From a bacterium (GTDB taxonomy: Bacteria; Patescibacteriota; Patescibacteriia; UBA1558; S5-K13), in assembly GCA_029555085.1 (NCBI GenBank), contig JAKPTO010000026.1:32001-96000 (forward strand): a DNA stretch of 64,000 nt, given 5' to 3'. This document shows positions 28,866-38,850 of the stretch, in pieces (positions within the stretch are counted from its first letter, which is position 1; the number at the start of each line of letters is the position of its first letter). The notes beneath the pieces are model-generated. The model ran no database searches. It was not told the DNA's origin and was given only the letters and a program-made list of their open reading frames with translations. Both the position numbers and the translations under genes were made by a program.

Positions 28866-30551
28866 ATGACAAAAAAGAAGAAAACAATATTTATAATATT
28901 CTCTATTATTATACTTATAATAGTATCTAGTTTTATTTTTAAAAAACCAAACACGACTTATACTACTGAAAAAGTACAAAGAAAAGACCTAAAACAAACT
29001 GTTAGTGAAACTGGGACTATTAAATCCTCTGACGAAATAGAACTAAATTTTCAAAATACTGGAAAAATAACAAAAATCCTTGTAAATGTTAATGATAAAG
29101 TAAAAGAAAATCAAATCTTAGCAGAATTAGATCATAGAAGCTTAGATATATCTGCAAAAAATGCAATCGCAAGCTTAGATATAGCAAAAGCTAATTTAAA
29201 TAAACTAGTATCTGGCGCAACCCAACATGAAATAAATACACAACAAATTGCTGTTAATAAAGCTGAAACAGAATACAAATCTGCTTTAAATGAATTAGAA
29301 GAAGCCAAGGCAAGTATAATAAAAACCTCTAAACAAGCAGAAACAGATGCTCTAATTTCAATTGATACAAATATTTCAAAAGCGCAAATAGCTGTCGATA
29401 ATATCAACACAATTTTAAATGATAATGATGCTCAATATCTCTTGGGTGTTAAAAATTCATCAATACTTTATCAGACAAAAAATTCCTACAATGATGCAAA
29501 ACTACTAATTTCAAATGCTAAATCCTCTATCAATACAGCAAAAAATACTAAAACTAGAAATGATATAAAGCTAGCCATAAATAAAACAATCGAAGCTTTG
29601 GATTCAACATTTAGCGCATTAACAAATTCTTATCAAATGCTTGAAGATTCAATTATTTCCTATCAATTCACACAAGCAAAGTTGGATTCCTATAAATCTA
29701 TAATTAGCACTCAACAAATAACCATATCCAATGCTCTATCCTCTGTTAAAAATTCGTTAAATATATTAAACAACACAGAACTAAGTAGCGACGGACTAAC
29801 TATTTCAGGAAGTCAAACAATTGCAACAGCTCAATCGAGAGTTGATTCTTCTTACCAAGCTTTTCAATTAATAAAAGCTCAACTTGATGAATTAAAAGCT
29901 CCTGCAAGAAGTCAAGATGTTATTTTATATCAAGCACAGGTAAGGCAAGCTGAGGCCAATCTAGAATCCATACAAAATCAAATTGAATACAATATAATAA
30001 GAGCGCCAATTAATGGAACAATAACTCAAATTGAATATAAAAAAGGAGAACAATTTTTAGCTACAAAACCAGCAATAAAAATGCTATCTGAAAATAAATT
30101 AGAAATAGAAGTCGATATTTCAGAGTCAGATATTACAAAAATAAAAATTAATGATCCAACTGAAATAACCCTAGACGCTCTAACATCTGAAGAAAAACTA
30201 TACGGAAAAGTTTATAATATAGACCCAGCTGAAACAACAATTCAAGATGTAATTTACTATAAAACCAAAATCAGCTTTGATATTCCAGAAGAATTAGTGG
30301 AGAATATAAAACCTGGAATGACAGCAAATGTAATAATTACAACAAAAAATAAAGCAAATGTGCTAGTTATTCCATCTCGCGCTGTTATAGAGAAAAATGG
30401 GGATGGAAAATTTGTAAAAATATTAGAAAATAAAAAAGAAAAGGAAGTATCTGTAAAAACAGGAATATATGGCGATGATGGAATGGTAGAAATTTTATCA
30501 GGACTAAAAGAAGGACAAGGAATAATAACTTCAACAAACACAAAAAAATAA
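28866..30551 (+). CDS. MacA/HlyD-family periplasmic adaptor with long coiled coil
   Basis: TVSETGTI, GKITKILV, IRAPINGTIT, ISESDITKIK, IKPGMTANV, VEILSGLKEG. Confidence 0.88.
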   Translation: MTKKKKTIFIIFSIIILIIVSSFIFKKPNTTYTTEKVQRKDLKQTVSETGTIKSSDEIELNFQNTGKITKILVNVNDKVKENQILAELDHRSLDISAKNAIASLDIAKANLNKLVSGATQHEINTQQIAVNKAETEYKSALNELEEAKASIIKTSKQAETDALISIDTNISKAQIAVDNINTILNDNDAQYLLGVKNSSILYQTKNSYNDAKLLISNAKSSINTAKNTKTRNDIKLAINKTIEALDSTFSALTNSYQMLEDSIISYQFTQAKLDSYKSIISTQQITISNALSSVKNSLNILNNTELSSDGLTISGSQTIATAQSRVDSSYQAFQLIKAQLDELKAPARSQDVILYQAQVRQAEANLESIQNQIEYNIIRAPINGTITQIEYKKGEQFLATKPAIKMLSENKLEIEVDISESDITKIKINDPTEITLDALTSEEKLYGKVYNIDPAETTIQDVIYYKTKISFDIPEELVENIKPGMTANVIITTKNKANVLVIPSRAVIEKNGDGKFVKILENKKEKEVSVKTGIYGDDGMVEILSGLKEGQGIITSTNTKK

Positions 30552-31264
30552 TGCTTATACAAATCAAAGATATAAAAAAAGAATATTCTAATGATGAAGT
30601 AGTAACTGAGATACTTCACGGATTATCTTTTGAAATTAAAAAAGGTGAATTTGTTTCCATTATGGGTCCATCTGGATCTGGTAAATCAACACTCATGCAT
30701 ATTTTAGGACTTCTGGATAGACCTACAACTGGAACATATTTTTTTGAAAATCAAGATGTTTTAAAATTAACTGATGATGAATTGGCAAATTTGAGAAACA
30801 AAAAAATAGGATTTGTTTTTCAAGCTTTTCATTTACTACCAAAAACACAAGTAATAGATAATGTGATGCTTCCACTCATATACTCTGAAGAAAAAACAAA
30901 TCACAATGAAAAAGCAAAACAAGTACTAGAAAGTGTTGGACTATCACACAGAATGTATCACTACACGAATCAAATTTCTGGTGGAGAAAAGCAAAGAGTC
31001 GCTATCGCAAGAGCTCTTGTAAACAATCCCGATGTTATTTTTGCTGATGAACCAACTGGAAACTTGGACTCAAAATCAGGAAAGCAAATTATGGAAATTC
31101 TACAAGATTTAAATGACAAGGGCCATACCATTATTCTCGTAACTCATGAAACATACACCGCGGAACACGCTCATAGAATTATAAAAATTGTAGATGGACT
31201 CATAACTGAAGATTATAAAGTTTCCAATAGGCGCTTAGCAAAAAACGAAAACGGCATAAAATAA
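30551..31264 (+). CDS. ABC transporter ATP-binding protein (MacB/LolD type)
   Basis: GPSGSGKST, ISGGEKQRVAIARAL, FADEPTGNLD, VTH. Confidence 0.95.
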   Translation: MLIQIKDIKKEYSNDEVVTEILHGLSFEIKKGEFVSIMGPSGSGKSTLMHILGLLDRPTTGTYFFENQDVLKLTDDELANLRNKKIGFVFQAFHLLPKTQVIDNVMLPLIYSEEKTNHNEKAKQVLESVGLSHRMYHYTNQISGGEKQRVAIARALVNNPDVIFADEPTGNLDSKSGKQIMEILQDLNDKGHTIILVTHETYTAEHAHRIIKIVDGLITEDYKVSNRRLAKNENGIK

Positions 31265-31265
31265 T

Positions 31266-32519
31266 ATGTTTAATTTTCTAAAACAATGCGCCAAACTAGC
31301 TATTAATTCACTTCTAGCTAATAAGACAAGAAGTTTTTTGACTATGCTTGGAATTATAATTGGGGTGTCTGCCGTTATAATTATTACTTCAATTGGAAGC
31401 GGTGCTCAAGATTTAATTCTCTCTGAAATTAAAATACTTGGAACTGATACTATAAGCATTATGCCTGGCAAAGCAGAAGAAAATGGACCACCAGCTTCTG
31501 TCATGGGGATAATAATTACAACCCTAACATACGAAGATGCAAAGGCGCTTCTCGAGAAAAAAAATTCTCAGCACATTATTAATGTTGCTGCTTACTCAAA
31601 CACAAATGCGAATGTTTCCTGGGGTTCCCAGAGTTCAAACTTTGATATAATAGGAACAAATGTAGGTCACTTAACAATGAATAATTTTAATGTCGAAAGT
31701 GGGAGATTTTTTACAATCGACGAGGAGAGTAATTTGGCAAAAATAGCAGTTTTGGGTAGTCAAGCGAAAGAAGATTTATTTGGGGATTCTGATGCTATAG
31801 GAGAAAAAATAAAAATTAAAAAACAGGTCTTTGAGGTAATAGGGATACTAGAAGAAAAAGGAACAGTTGCTTTTCAAAATTATGATGACAAAATTTTTAT
31901 TCCTATAAAAACAATGCAAAAATTAATTGTTTCCTCAGATGCTGTTGGGATTATAAGAGCAAAAGTAGACAACGAGAAAAATCTTCCTCTTGCTATAAAA
32001 GATGCTGAAACTACACTTCGCGAAAGACATGATATAAGAGATAATTCTGGAGAGGATGATGATTTTACTGTTAGTAGTCCCGCAGAAGCACTTGAGGCGA
32101 TTGAAACTGTTACGGGTGCTTTAAAATTTTTCTTAGCTGCGATGGGGGCAATTTCACTTATTGTGGGTGGAATTGGAATTATGAATATAATGCTTGTAAA
32201 TGTCAGCGAACGCACAAATGAAATAGGTCTTAGAAAAGCAATCGGAGCAAAAAATAACAATATCTTAGTTCAATTTTTAATAGAATCAACAATAATAACA
32301 CTTTCTGGTGGAATTATAGGAATAATATTTGGGATACTTGTTTCTCTGCTTGTTAGTGTTATTGCTCAAGCACTAGATTATAATTGGGGATTCCATGTTT
32401 CAATGCTCTCAATAATTATGGGAATTATTGTTTCAAGCTCTATAGGAATAATTTTTGGACTATACCCAGCGAAAAAAGCTAGTAAACTTGATCCAATAGA
32501 AGCATTAAGATATGAATAA
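31266..32519 (+). CDS. MacB/FtsX-family ABC permease
   Basis: RSFLTMLGIIIGV, VGGIGIMNIMLVNVSERTNEIGLRKAIGA, PAKKASKLDPIEALRYE. Confidence 0.93.
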   Translation: MFNFLKQCAKLAINSLLANKTRSFLTMLGIIIGVSAVIIITSIGSGAQDLILSEIKILGTDTISIMPGKAEENGPPASVMGIIITTLTYEDAKALLEKKNSQHIINVAAYSNTNANVSWGSQSSNFDIIGTNVGHLTMNNFNVESGRFFTIDEESNLAKIAVLGSQAKEDLFGDSDAIGEKIKIKKQVFEVIGILEEKGTVAFQNYDDKIFIPIKTMQKLIVSSDAVGIIRAKVDNEKNLPLAIKDAETTLRERHDIRDNSGEDDDFTVSSPAEALEAIETVTGALKFFLAAMGAISLIVGGIGIMNIMLVNVSERTNEIGLRKAIGAKNNNILVQFLIESTIITLSGGIIGIIFGILVSLLVSVIAQALDYNWGFHVSMLSIIMGIIVSSSIGIIFGLYPAKKASKLDPIEALRYE

Positions 32520-33798
32520 TATGATAAGAATAAAAAATTCAATAAAACTCGCTATTAATTCAATGAAAACAAATAAGGGAAGAACTCTTCTTACTATTTT
32601 AGGTATGGTAATTGGTGTAATGAGTATTGTTGTGGTTTTTTCAGCTGGAGAGGGATTAAAGAAATTAATCATAAAACAAATTGAATCCTTCGGTACTGAT
32701 ATTATTGAAATTGAAACAAGAATCCCTGTGGGGAAAAATAAAATGGGCAATGAATCACATGAATCAGCCATGAGTATGGCTCAAGGAGTTCGAATAACAA
32801 CACTAACATTAAAAGATGTAGAAGATATAAAAAAAATACCAAATATAGATGGCGGTTATGGTGCGTTAATGGGGCAAGAACTCGCAACCTATGGTAGTAA
32901 AAGAAAAAAAGCGTCTCTTTTTGGAGTTAGTGCTGATTTTATAAACATTGATAAAAGTGAAATAAATAAAGGTAGATTTTTTACCAATGCAGAAGATGAG
33001 TCGCTCACAAAGGTTGTAGTACTAGGCGCTGGAATAAAAGAAGATTTGTTTGGTGACTCAGATGCAATAGGAAATTATATAAATTTAGGAAAATCAAAAT
33101 ACAGAGTAATTGGAATAATGAAAGAAAAAGGAGCTGCCATGGGAATGGACTTTAACAGATATATATATCTTCCCGTGCAAACTCTTCAAAAAAAAATCAT
33201 GGGGATAGATTATTTAATGTATACTATATATAAATTAAAAAACTCTGAAATCACAGATGAAACAGTAAAAGAAGTAAAAATTATCTTAAGAGAAAATCAT
33301 GATATAAATAATCCCGACGATATAGTGGGTGTAGATGATTTTACTGTTGTAACAATGGAAGAAATGATGAAAACCGTCAATAGTATTACAAAATATGTAA
33401 CCGGCTTACTTCTTGCAATAGTAATAGTTTCTCTTGTGGTTGGTGGTGTGGGGATTATGAATATAATGTATGTAATAATAAGCGAAAGGACATTTGAAAT
33501 TGGCCTTAGAAAAGCACTAGGAGCAAAAAATAAAGATATTATGTGGCAATTTCTCATGGAAGCAATAATAATATCAATTCTAGGGGCAATTTTAGGTATT
33601 ATTCTAGGTATTCTACTATCACTACTTATAACTTTTGCTGCAAATGCTTATGGTCTTTCCTCGAGTTTTAAAATACCCATTTACGCTCTTTTCATATCTC
33701 TAATATTTGCGGTTTCCACTGGTCTTTTATTTGGTGTTTTTCCTGCAAAAAAAGCTGCGGAACTTAATCCAATAACAGCTCTTAGAAATAAAAATTAA
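32512..33798 (+). CDS. MacB/FtsX-family ABC permease (paralogue)
   Basis: RTLLTILGMVIGV, VGGVGIMNIM...ERTFEIGLRKALGA, PAKKAAELNPITALR. Confidence 0.93.
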   Translation: MNNMIRIKNSIKLAINSMKTNKGRTLLTILGMVIGVMSIVVVFSAGEGLKKLIIKQIESFGTDIIEIETRIPVGKNKMGNESHESAMSMAQGVRITTLTLKDVEDIKKIPNIDGGYGALMGQELATYGSKRKKASLFGVSADFINIDKSEINKGRFFTNAEDESLTKVVVLGAGIKEDLFGDSDAIGNYINLGKSKYRVIGIMKEKGAAMGMDFNRYIYLPVQTLQKKIMGIDYLMYTIYKLKNSEITDETVKEVKIILRENHDINNPDDIVGVDDFTVVTMEEMMKTVNSITKYVTGLLLAIVIVSLVVGGVGIMNIMYVIISERTFEIGLRKALGAKNKDIMWQFLMEAIIISILGAILGIILGILLSLLITFAANAYGLSSSFKIPIYALFISLIFAVSTGLLFGVFPAKKAAELNPITALRNKN

Positions 33799-33827
33799 CC
33801 TATGGGCAAGCTCGAAGGTTGAAAAAA

Positions 33828-34724
33828 TTATTTATACATTTCATCAACCCATTCACCAATTTTTACAACTGCATCTTCACTGTCACTTCTTTTATAAACC
33901 GACAAAACCGCAACACAAATTTTCTTTTTCATGGGAGTTATATAACCAGCTGTAACATGAAATCTTGTTTCATTCAAAAAACCAGTTTTAGCTCCAAAAT
34001 AATTCTGGGGATTATTTCTTAAATCATATACAGTGTGTTTTAAATTTATTTGTCTCCCCTCTCTTGTTGTGAAAGTATATTGTGGCTTGGAAGAATACTC
34101 GCTTATGTTTTCATTTGAAAATGCATGACATGTTACTATTGCCATGTCGCGAGCACTTGTTAAATTTTTCATTGACAATCCCGATGGATCGTCAATTAAT
34201 GTTTTTGTAAGTCCCCACTCGCTTGCAATTTTTCCCATATTTTCTAAAAATTGAGTTTTTGAAATTTCTGTAATTTTTGATAATTTATTTGCAGAATTAT
34301 TTGCTGAAGCAATTAAAGTCGAAGCAAAAATATCTTTTATTTTTATTCTTTCTGTTGATTTTAATTTCAGAGTTACAAAAGAATCCCTTGGTCCAACATA
34401 TTGCCTAAGATCTCCTTCGCTGTCTTGCCATGTTAAATTATAAGTTTTATTCCATAATGGAAAATGTTTTACAAACTCACTTGCGGTTATTAATTTCATC
34501 AAACTTGCGCTTGGCATCTGACGCTCTTCTTGATGAAAATATAGCGGTTTCAAAGTTTCATATTCTATAACAGCTGCAGAAATATATGGAACATCTTTTC
34601 CGGTTTTCTCTTTATACCAATTTGTAAAATCAACATAATTATCTTTTTTCTCTAAAGCAAAACAATTTGCAGGAATTGCAACTATTAAAATAAATAAAAA
34701 AATGATTAAAAATTTATTTCGCAT
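33828..34724 (-). CDS. D-alanyl-D-alanine carboxypeptidase / peptidase S11 family
   Basis: Signal peptide; SLMK (SxxK), SAN (SxN), KTG motifs. Confidence 0.88.
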   Translation of the reverse strand: MRNKFLIIFLFILIVAIPANCFALEKKDNYVDFTNWYKEKTGKDVPYISAAVIEYETLKPLYFHQEERQMPSASLMKLITASEFVKHFPLWNKTYNLTWQDSEGDLRQYVGPRDSFVTLKLKSTERIKIKDIFASTLIASANNSANKLSKITEISKTQFLENMGKIASEWGLTKTLIDDPSGLSMKNLTSARDMAIVTCHAFSNENISEYSSKPQYTFTTREGRQINLKHTVYDLRNNPQNYFGAKTGFLNETRFHVTAGYITPMKKKICVAVLSVYKRSDSEDAVVKIGEWVDEMYK

Positions 34725-34935
34725 AAAACAATTATATCACAAAAATATTCTTTAGAAAATTATTATAAATCTTCACATCCTGAACCATTCCAAAATATCC
34801 ACTGTATTTAAATTATCCTCTCTTACAACTCACCCATTCAAAACAAAAATTAATCCTAAAAATAAAATTAATTTTTTCATATTATTTATTTTATTTACTT
34901 TTTATTATTATTTTTAATATATTCCTCCAATACTT

Positions 34936-35232
34936 TTATATGCTCCCCCCTATCGCATAAACGAACATTTCACTTTGCTTCTTAACAACATATCGCATAA
35001 GCACAAATCCAAATCCACTAGTAATGGTAATGGTCATATTAAGAAATTTCTTATTGTCAAAAATAAGAAAAGAAAATATTCCCCAAAATATTCCTAATTT
35101 AAAAATAAAAGAGAGGAAACGCGGAAACATTTTCATGAAAAATTGATAAATATTTAGAACAATCAATACTGGTTTTTCTATGGGCAGATATTTAAATATC
35201 TCTAAAAAATTATCTTTTTCAACTTGATTCAT
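34936..35232 (-). CDS. hypothetical small membrane protein (possibly a fragment)
   Basis: ORF with hydrophobic segments; no recognised motif. Confidence 0.35.
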   Translation of the reverse strand: MNQVEKDNFLEIFKYLPIEKPVLIVLNIYQFFMKMFPRFLSFIFKLGIFWGIFSFLIFDNKKFLNMTITITSGFGFVLMRYVVKKQSEMFVYAIGGSI

Positions 35233-35337
35233 TTAAATTAGCTATATTATTTATTTGAATTATCTTGATTTAATTATATCAATAATTTTAAGAAAATACA
35301 TTATCCTCTTGTCATGTTTCATAGTGGGGAAAATAAA

Positions 35338-35364
35338 AGCTCTCTGAAAATTTTTCAGAGAGCT
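35338..35364 (-). terminator. intrinsic terminator after the M23 gene
   Basis: AGCTCTCTGAAAA-t-TTTTCAGAGAGCT inverted repeat followed by a U-rich run on the minus strand. Confidence 0.7.
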
Positions 35365-35370
35365 CATGAA

Positions 35371-37962
35371 TTATTTACTAAAAACCAGTTTCTTGTCAAA
35401 AGAAAATCCGTTTACATTTACCCGACAAATATAAACACCGCTTGAGCAAATTTTTCCTGAATCATCTTTTGAATCCCAGTTAATAGTTGCTGATTTGGAT
35501 TTTGTGGGGACAAACTTTTTTACAAGTTGTCCTTTGATGTTATAAATCGAAATTTGAACTTCAGATGGTTCTTTTGTGTCTTCTATATCAAACATTAAGC
35601 TTACTGTGGAGTTAAATGGATTTGGAAATATTTCAAATTTCTTTTTTAATAAATTCACTGTTTGACTTGGTGCGAGTATAAGTGACACATCATCAATCCA
35701 AACAGGAACATCTTGTTCTCCCAAATTCCATGAAATGCGTGCAATTCCAGAACTTGTGGCAGTAAAGCTCATTGTATAATTTTGCCAATCAGTTCCAGTG
35801 CTCACAACTTGCCATAGGCCAAAATTATTCCAGGGAGAATTTTCATTATATAACTCTACCTGGATTTGTCTTTGTGAGGTAGATTTCGCCCAGAAAGACA
35901 AAGTATAATTTTGACCCGATACAATGTTTAAATTCTGGTACAATTGAACCTCGAAGTGCAAACCATTTTGATTGGGATCAATAAATATTGAGTTATTCCC
36001 TGAATGGTAAATAGAATTATCAATATAATAACTCGCTGTGGAATTGAGATCGCCAACCTCAAATGGTGCAAAATTTCCTGTTTCAAAACCAGGATTTATT
36101 ATTAAATTATCTCCTTCTGTTTCCATATCAGATATTTTTTCAAAAACAACATTATCAAAATATTTACAACCAGCTGACTCGCCAATCATAAAATTCAAAC
36201 GCGCTAATTGATCAGTTGTATTTGCTATAAAAATATACTGATATTTTTTCCAAGTTGAAGTGAGATTAATCTCTTTCCATAGACCATAATTATTCCATGG
36301 ATCATTGTTGTTTTGTATGCAAAATTTAATTCCCGATGCAGGATTGGATTTTGCCCAAAAAGAAACATTATATGACTCGCCTGATTCAATTTCAACAAGT
36401 TGCATAAGTTCTTCTTCGTAAAATAATCCGGAATCACCAATATTGATTTCTGCTTTAAAGTTTCCATCAACGCAATCACCGGATGTTATATCGAAACTTG
36501 CGCTATTTCTACTGTCATTTAAAATCCAATAATTACAAATTCCAGAATCAAATCCACCGTCTTCGAAGTCACCACCCTGATAATCAACCATTCCACCACC
36601 AGCAAAATATTGAATATTTTCTCCGGATTGAAATGAATTAACATCGCTATCGGAAACTTCTAAAACATTAGCAAAATTAAACCCATAGGTATTGAAGGTT
36701 GATTCGTCTATAATGAGACGACGCAATCCATTTTCTATATAATAACAAGCTGGACCTGGACCAGAAATTAATTTTCCATCCATGATTTTTTCATAGCTTA
36801 CAAATGGCGCAATCTGATAATAATTTAAAACATTTTGAGTAACTACTATATTAAAATTTGAATGATAATAGTTAATCATATAAACATTGTCAGAAAGCAA
36901 TCTCAGAAGAATCTTTTGTCCAGTGTATGAAGAAGAAACTTCAATCCCTCGTTTAATAACATATCGTTCGTTCATGTTATTTACATTTTGCAATACTGTT
37001 CCGTATGGATAATCGCTTGAAGATGTAAGTTCAGATCCTTCCGCAAATTGAGATAAATATGAACTTGTTGTTGGAATCCAAACATCCGCAGAGTATCCTA
37101 ATTGTTGCCAATTATTTACCCTTCGCTTCACAATTGTCGTAGAATTGTTTGACTGATAATCAAATACCCATCTCTGAGAATTCTCATCATAAACACAAGT
37201 TCCAACTTTTGGACTAATATCAGGACCAATTGAAAATGAATTGAATTCTTCTTGACTAATTTCAACTGCATCAGACCAGTCAAATCCCCAAGTATAAAAA
37301 GGTGTCTCACTAGTAAATCGTTGCATTTGCCTGTCACGAATCCAATAATAATTTGGAGTATTAGTTACATGAACCAATAAATCATCTGGTAGAATTCTTG
37401 GTTGTGAAACAACAATGCCTGGGAGTGATGGCGGGTTTGATACGAAATAATGTTTATCTGGATTACAACCATTATTATATTGTTGTGTGTTGTTACTATA
37501 CCAACCATAGGGATCAATTGGTTCATTATTATAGTAAACACCAAAGTGAAGGTGAGGGTTGGTTGAATAACCAGTGTCACCCACCTTTCCTATAAATTGT
37601 CCTTGGTAAACAAATTCTCCGACAGAAACAGTTGCAGTATGGTAAAGCATGTGCGCGTATATTGTTTTGTAACCATTTCCATGGTCTATTTTCACATAAT
37701 TACCATAATCCGTTCCTGTTCCATCTGGAATATCTCTTTGCACCGCAATAACCTGTCCACCATAAGCAGAAAGAATTCTTGTTCCCTCTACTGCGGAATA
37801 ATCAATTCCGTAATTATAGTTATAACTATAACTAGGTGGATATTGCCAACCAGATGAAATTATAAAATTTCCTTCAATGGGGAGTGTGAATATATGATCC
37901 ACACCGAACAAATAACCACAACACATTGTGATTATTACTAGAATTGTCATGAGAGTTTTCAT
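35371..37962 (-). CDS. secreted M23 peptidase-domain protein with two CBM4/9-like domains and a FlgD-Ig/T9SS-like C-terminal domain
   Basis: Signal peptide; GIDY, YGNYVKIDHGNGYKTIYAHM, GYSTNPHLHF; NLIINPGFETG, Y.LSFWAKS; FPNPFN...IYNIKGQLV...WDSKDDSG...SGVY. Confidence 0.85.
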   Translation of the reverse strand: MKTLMTILVIITMCCGYLFGVDHIFTLPIEGNFIISSGWQYPPSYSYNYNYGIDYSAVEGTRILSAYGGQVIAVQRDIPDGTGTDYGNYVKIDHGNGYKTIYAHMLYHTATVSVGEFVYQGQFIGKVGDTGYSTNPHLHFGVYYNNEPIDPYGWYSNNTQQYNNGCNPDKHYFVSNPPSLPGIVVSQPRILPDDLLVHVTNTPNYYWIRDRQMQRFTSETPFYTWGFDWSDAVEISQEEFNSFSIGPDISPKVGTCVYDENSQRWVFDYQSNNSTTIVKRRVNNWQQLGYSADVWIPTTSSYLSQFAEGSELTSSSDYPYGTVLQNVNNMNERYVIKRGIEVSSSYTGQKILLRLLSDNVYMINYYHSNFNIVVTQNVLNYYQIAPFVSYEKIMDGKLISGPGPACYYIENGLRRLIIDESTFNTYGFNFANVLEVSDSDVNSFQSGENIQYFAGGGMVDYQGGDFEDGGFDSGICNYWILNDSRNSASFDITSGDCVDGNFKAEINIGDSGLFYEEELMQLVEIESGESYNVSFWAKSNPASGIKFCIQNNNDPWNNYGLWKEINLTSTWKKYQYIFIANTTDQLARLNFMIGESAGCKYFDNVVFEKISDMETEGDNLIINPGFETGNFAPFEVGDLNSTASYYIDNSIYHSGNNSIFIDPNQNGLHFEVQLYQNLNIVSGQNYTLSFWAKSTSQRQIQVELYNENSPWNNFGLWQVVSTGTDWQNYTMSFTATSSGIARISWNLGEQDVPVWIDDVSLILAPSQTVNLLKKKFEIFPNPFNSTVSLMFDIEDTKEPSEVQISIYNIKGQLVKKFVPTKSKSATINWDSKDDSGKICSSGVYICRVNVNGFSFDKKLVFSK

Positions 37963-38150
37963 TTTTACCTCCTATGAAAATTTCTCAATTTCTTTAAAAA
38001 TGTTTCGAGAATAAAAAATCGCCAAAAAAATCTGATAAATCAAATTAAGTTTGGCGACCCTGATTTTGAAATTATAAAAACCCAAGTCTCTTGTTAAAAT
38101 TTAACAAGAATTAATAAATCGCTTTTCCTCGCTTTTATTTAATTGTTAAT

Positions 38151-38696
38151 CTACTTATTTATTAAAAAATCTTTAAATATACCCAAACTACCCACTCTAA
38201 ATAAACCTATATTTTCTACTGTTTCGCAACCAACCATCACTGGGGCATATTCGTCTCTACATGTGCTAGCTCTACAATTATCACCTGCATATTTATACTC
38301 TACAAACATATTTTGCTTTATTAGTTGCTCTGTTAATGCAAACGGGAAAACACTACTAACAGAATAAATACCTCTTGGAACCTCTAATCTGTAACCTTTT
38401 TTATTTCTATATTTAGAATTAATTACTTGATTAGGTGTGCAATAATAATTATTTGTTTCTATATTTTTCGCGCAAACCAAAGATCCATCTGGAACAATTT
38501 CTGATGGATAGCTTAATTCTCCCTCAATTGCCCCCATACAATTTTCTGATTGTATTTTTGTTGCTTCTCTTTCATCTGAAATACTCTGTGTATTGTTTAT
38601 AATATTTTCTTGATTTTTACTATCATAAATTACAATATATATAACAAGTGATATAAATAGTATTATTGAAATAATTATTAATATTTTTTTCCACAT
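38151..38696 (-). CDS. hypothetical membrane-anchored Cys-containing protein
   Basis: N-terminal TM; GAIEGELSYPSE..P...VCA...GYRLEVPRGIYSV. Confidence 0.7.
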   Translation of the reverse strand: MWKKILIIISIILFISLVIYIVIYDSKNQENIINNTQSISDEREATKIQSENCMGAIEGELSYPSEIVPDGSLVCAKNIETNNYYCTPNQVINSKYRNKKGYRLEVPRGIYSVSSVFPFALTEQLIKQNMFVEYKYAGDNCRASTCRDEYAPVMVGCETVENIGLFRVGSLGIFKDFLINK

Positions 38697-38794
38697 AAAT
38701 TTATTTAATTTTATTAATTATAAATTAAAAATACTTTTATAAATTAAAGATACTTCGATTTTTAAAAAATGTAAATACCAATTATTAACATAAA

Positions 38795-38824
38795 AAAAGG
38801 CGTCGTATTACTACGACGCCTTTT
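38795..38824 (-). terminator. intrinsic terminator
   Basis: AAAAGGCGTCGTA-ttac-TACGACGCCTTTT perfect hairpin after the 1707-aa gene. Confidence 0.85.
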
Positions 38825-38850
38825 AGATTTTAATAAAAATAACCAAATTT

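Noticed and set aside
34775-34880. Short ORF with in-frame TGA (MKKLNLFLGLIFVLNG*VVRED...) suggesting UGA recoding
   Set aside because: The long ORFs are intact under code 11 and dsbA ends in TGA overlapping the lgt ATG; more likely a fragment or noise
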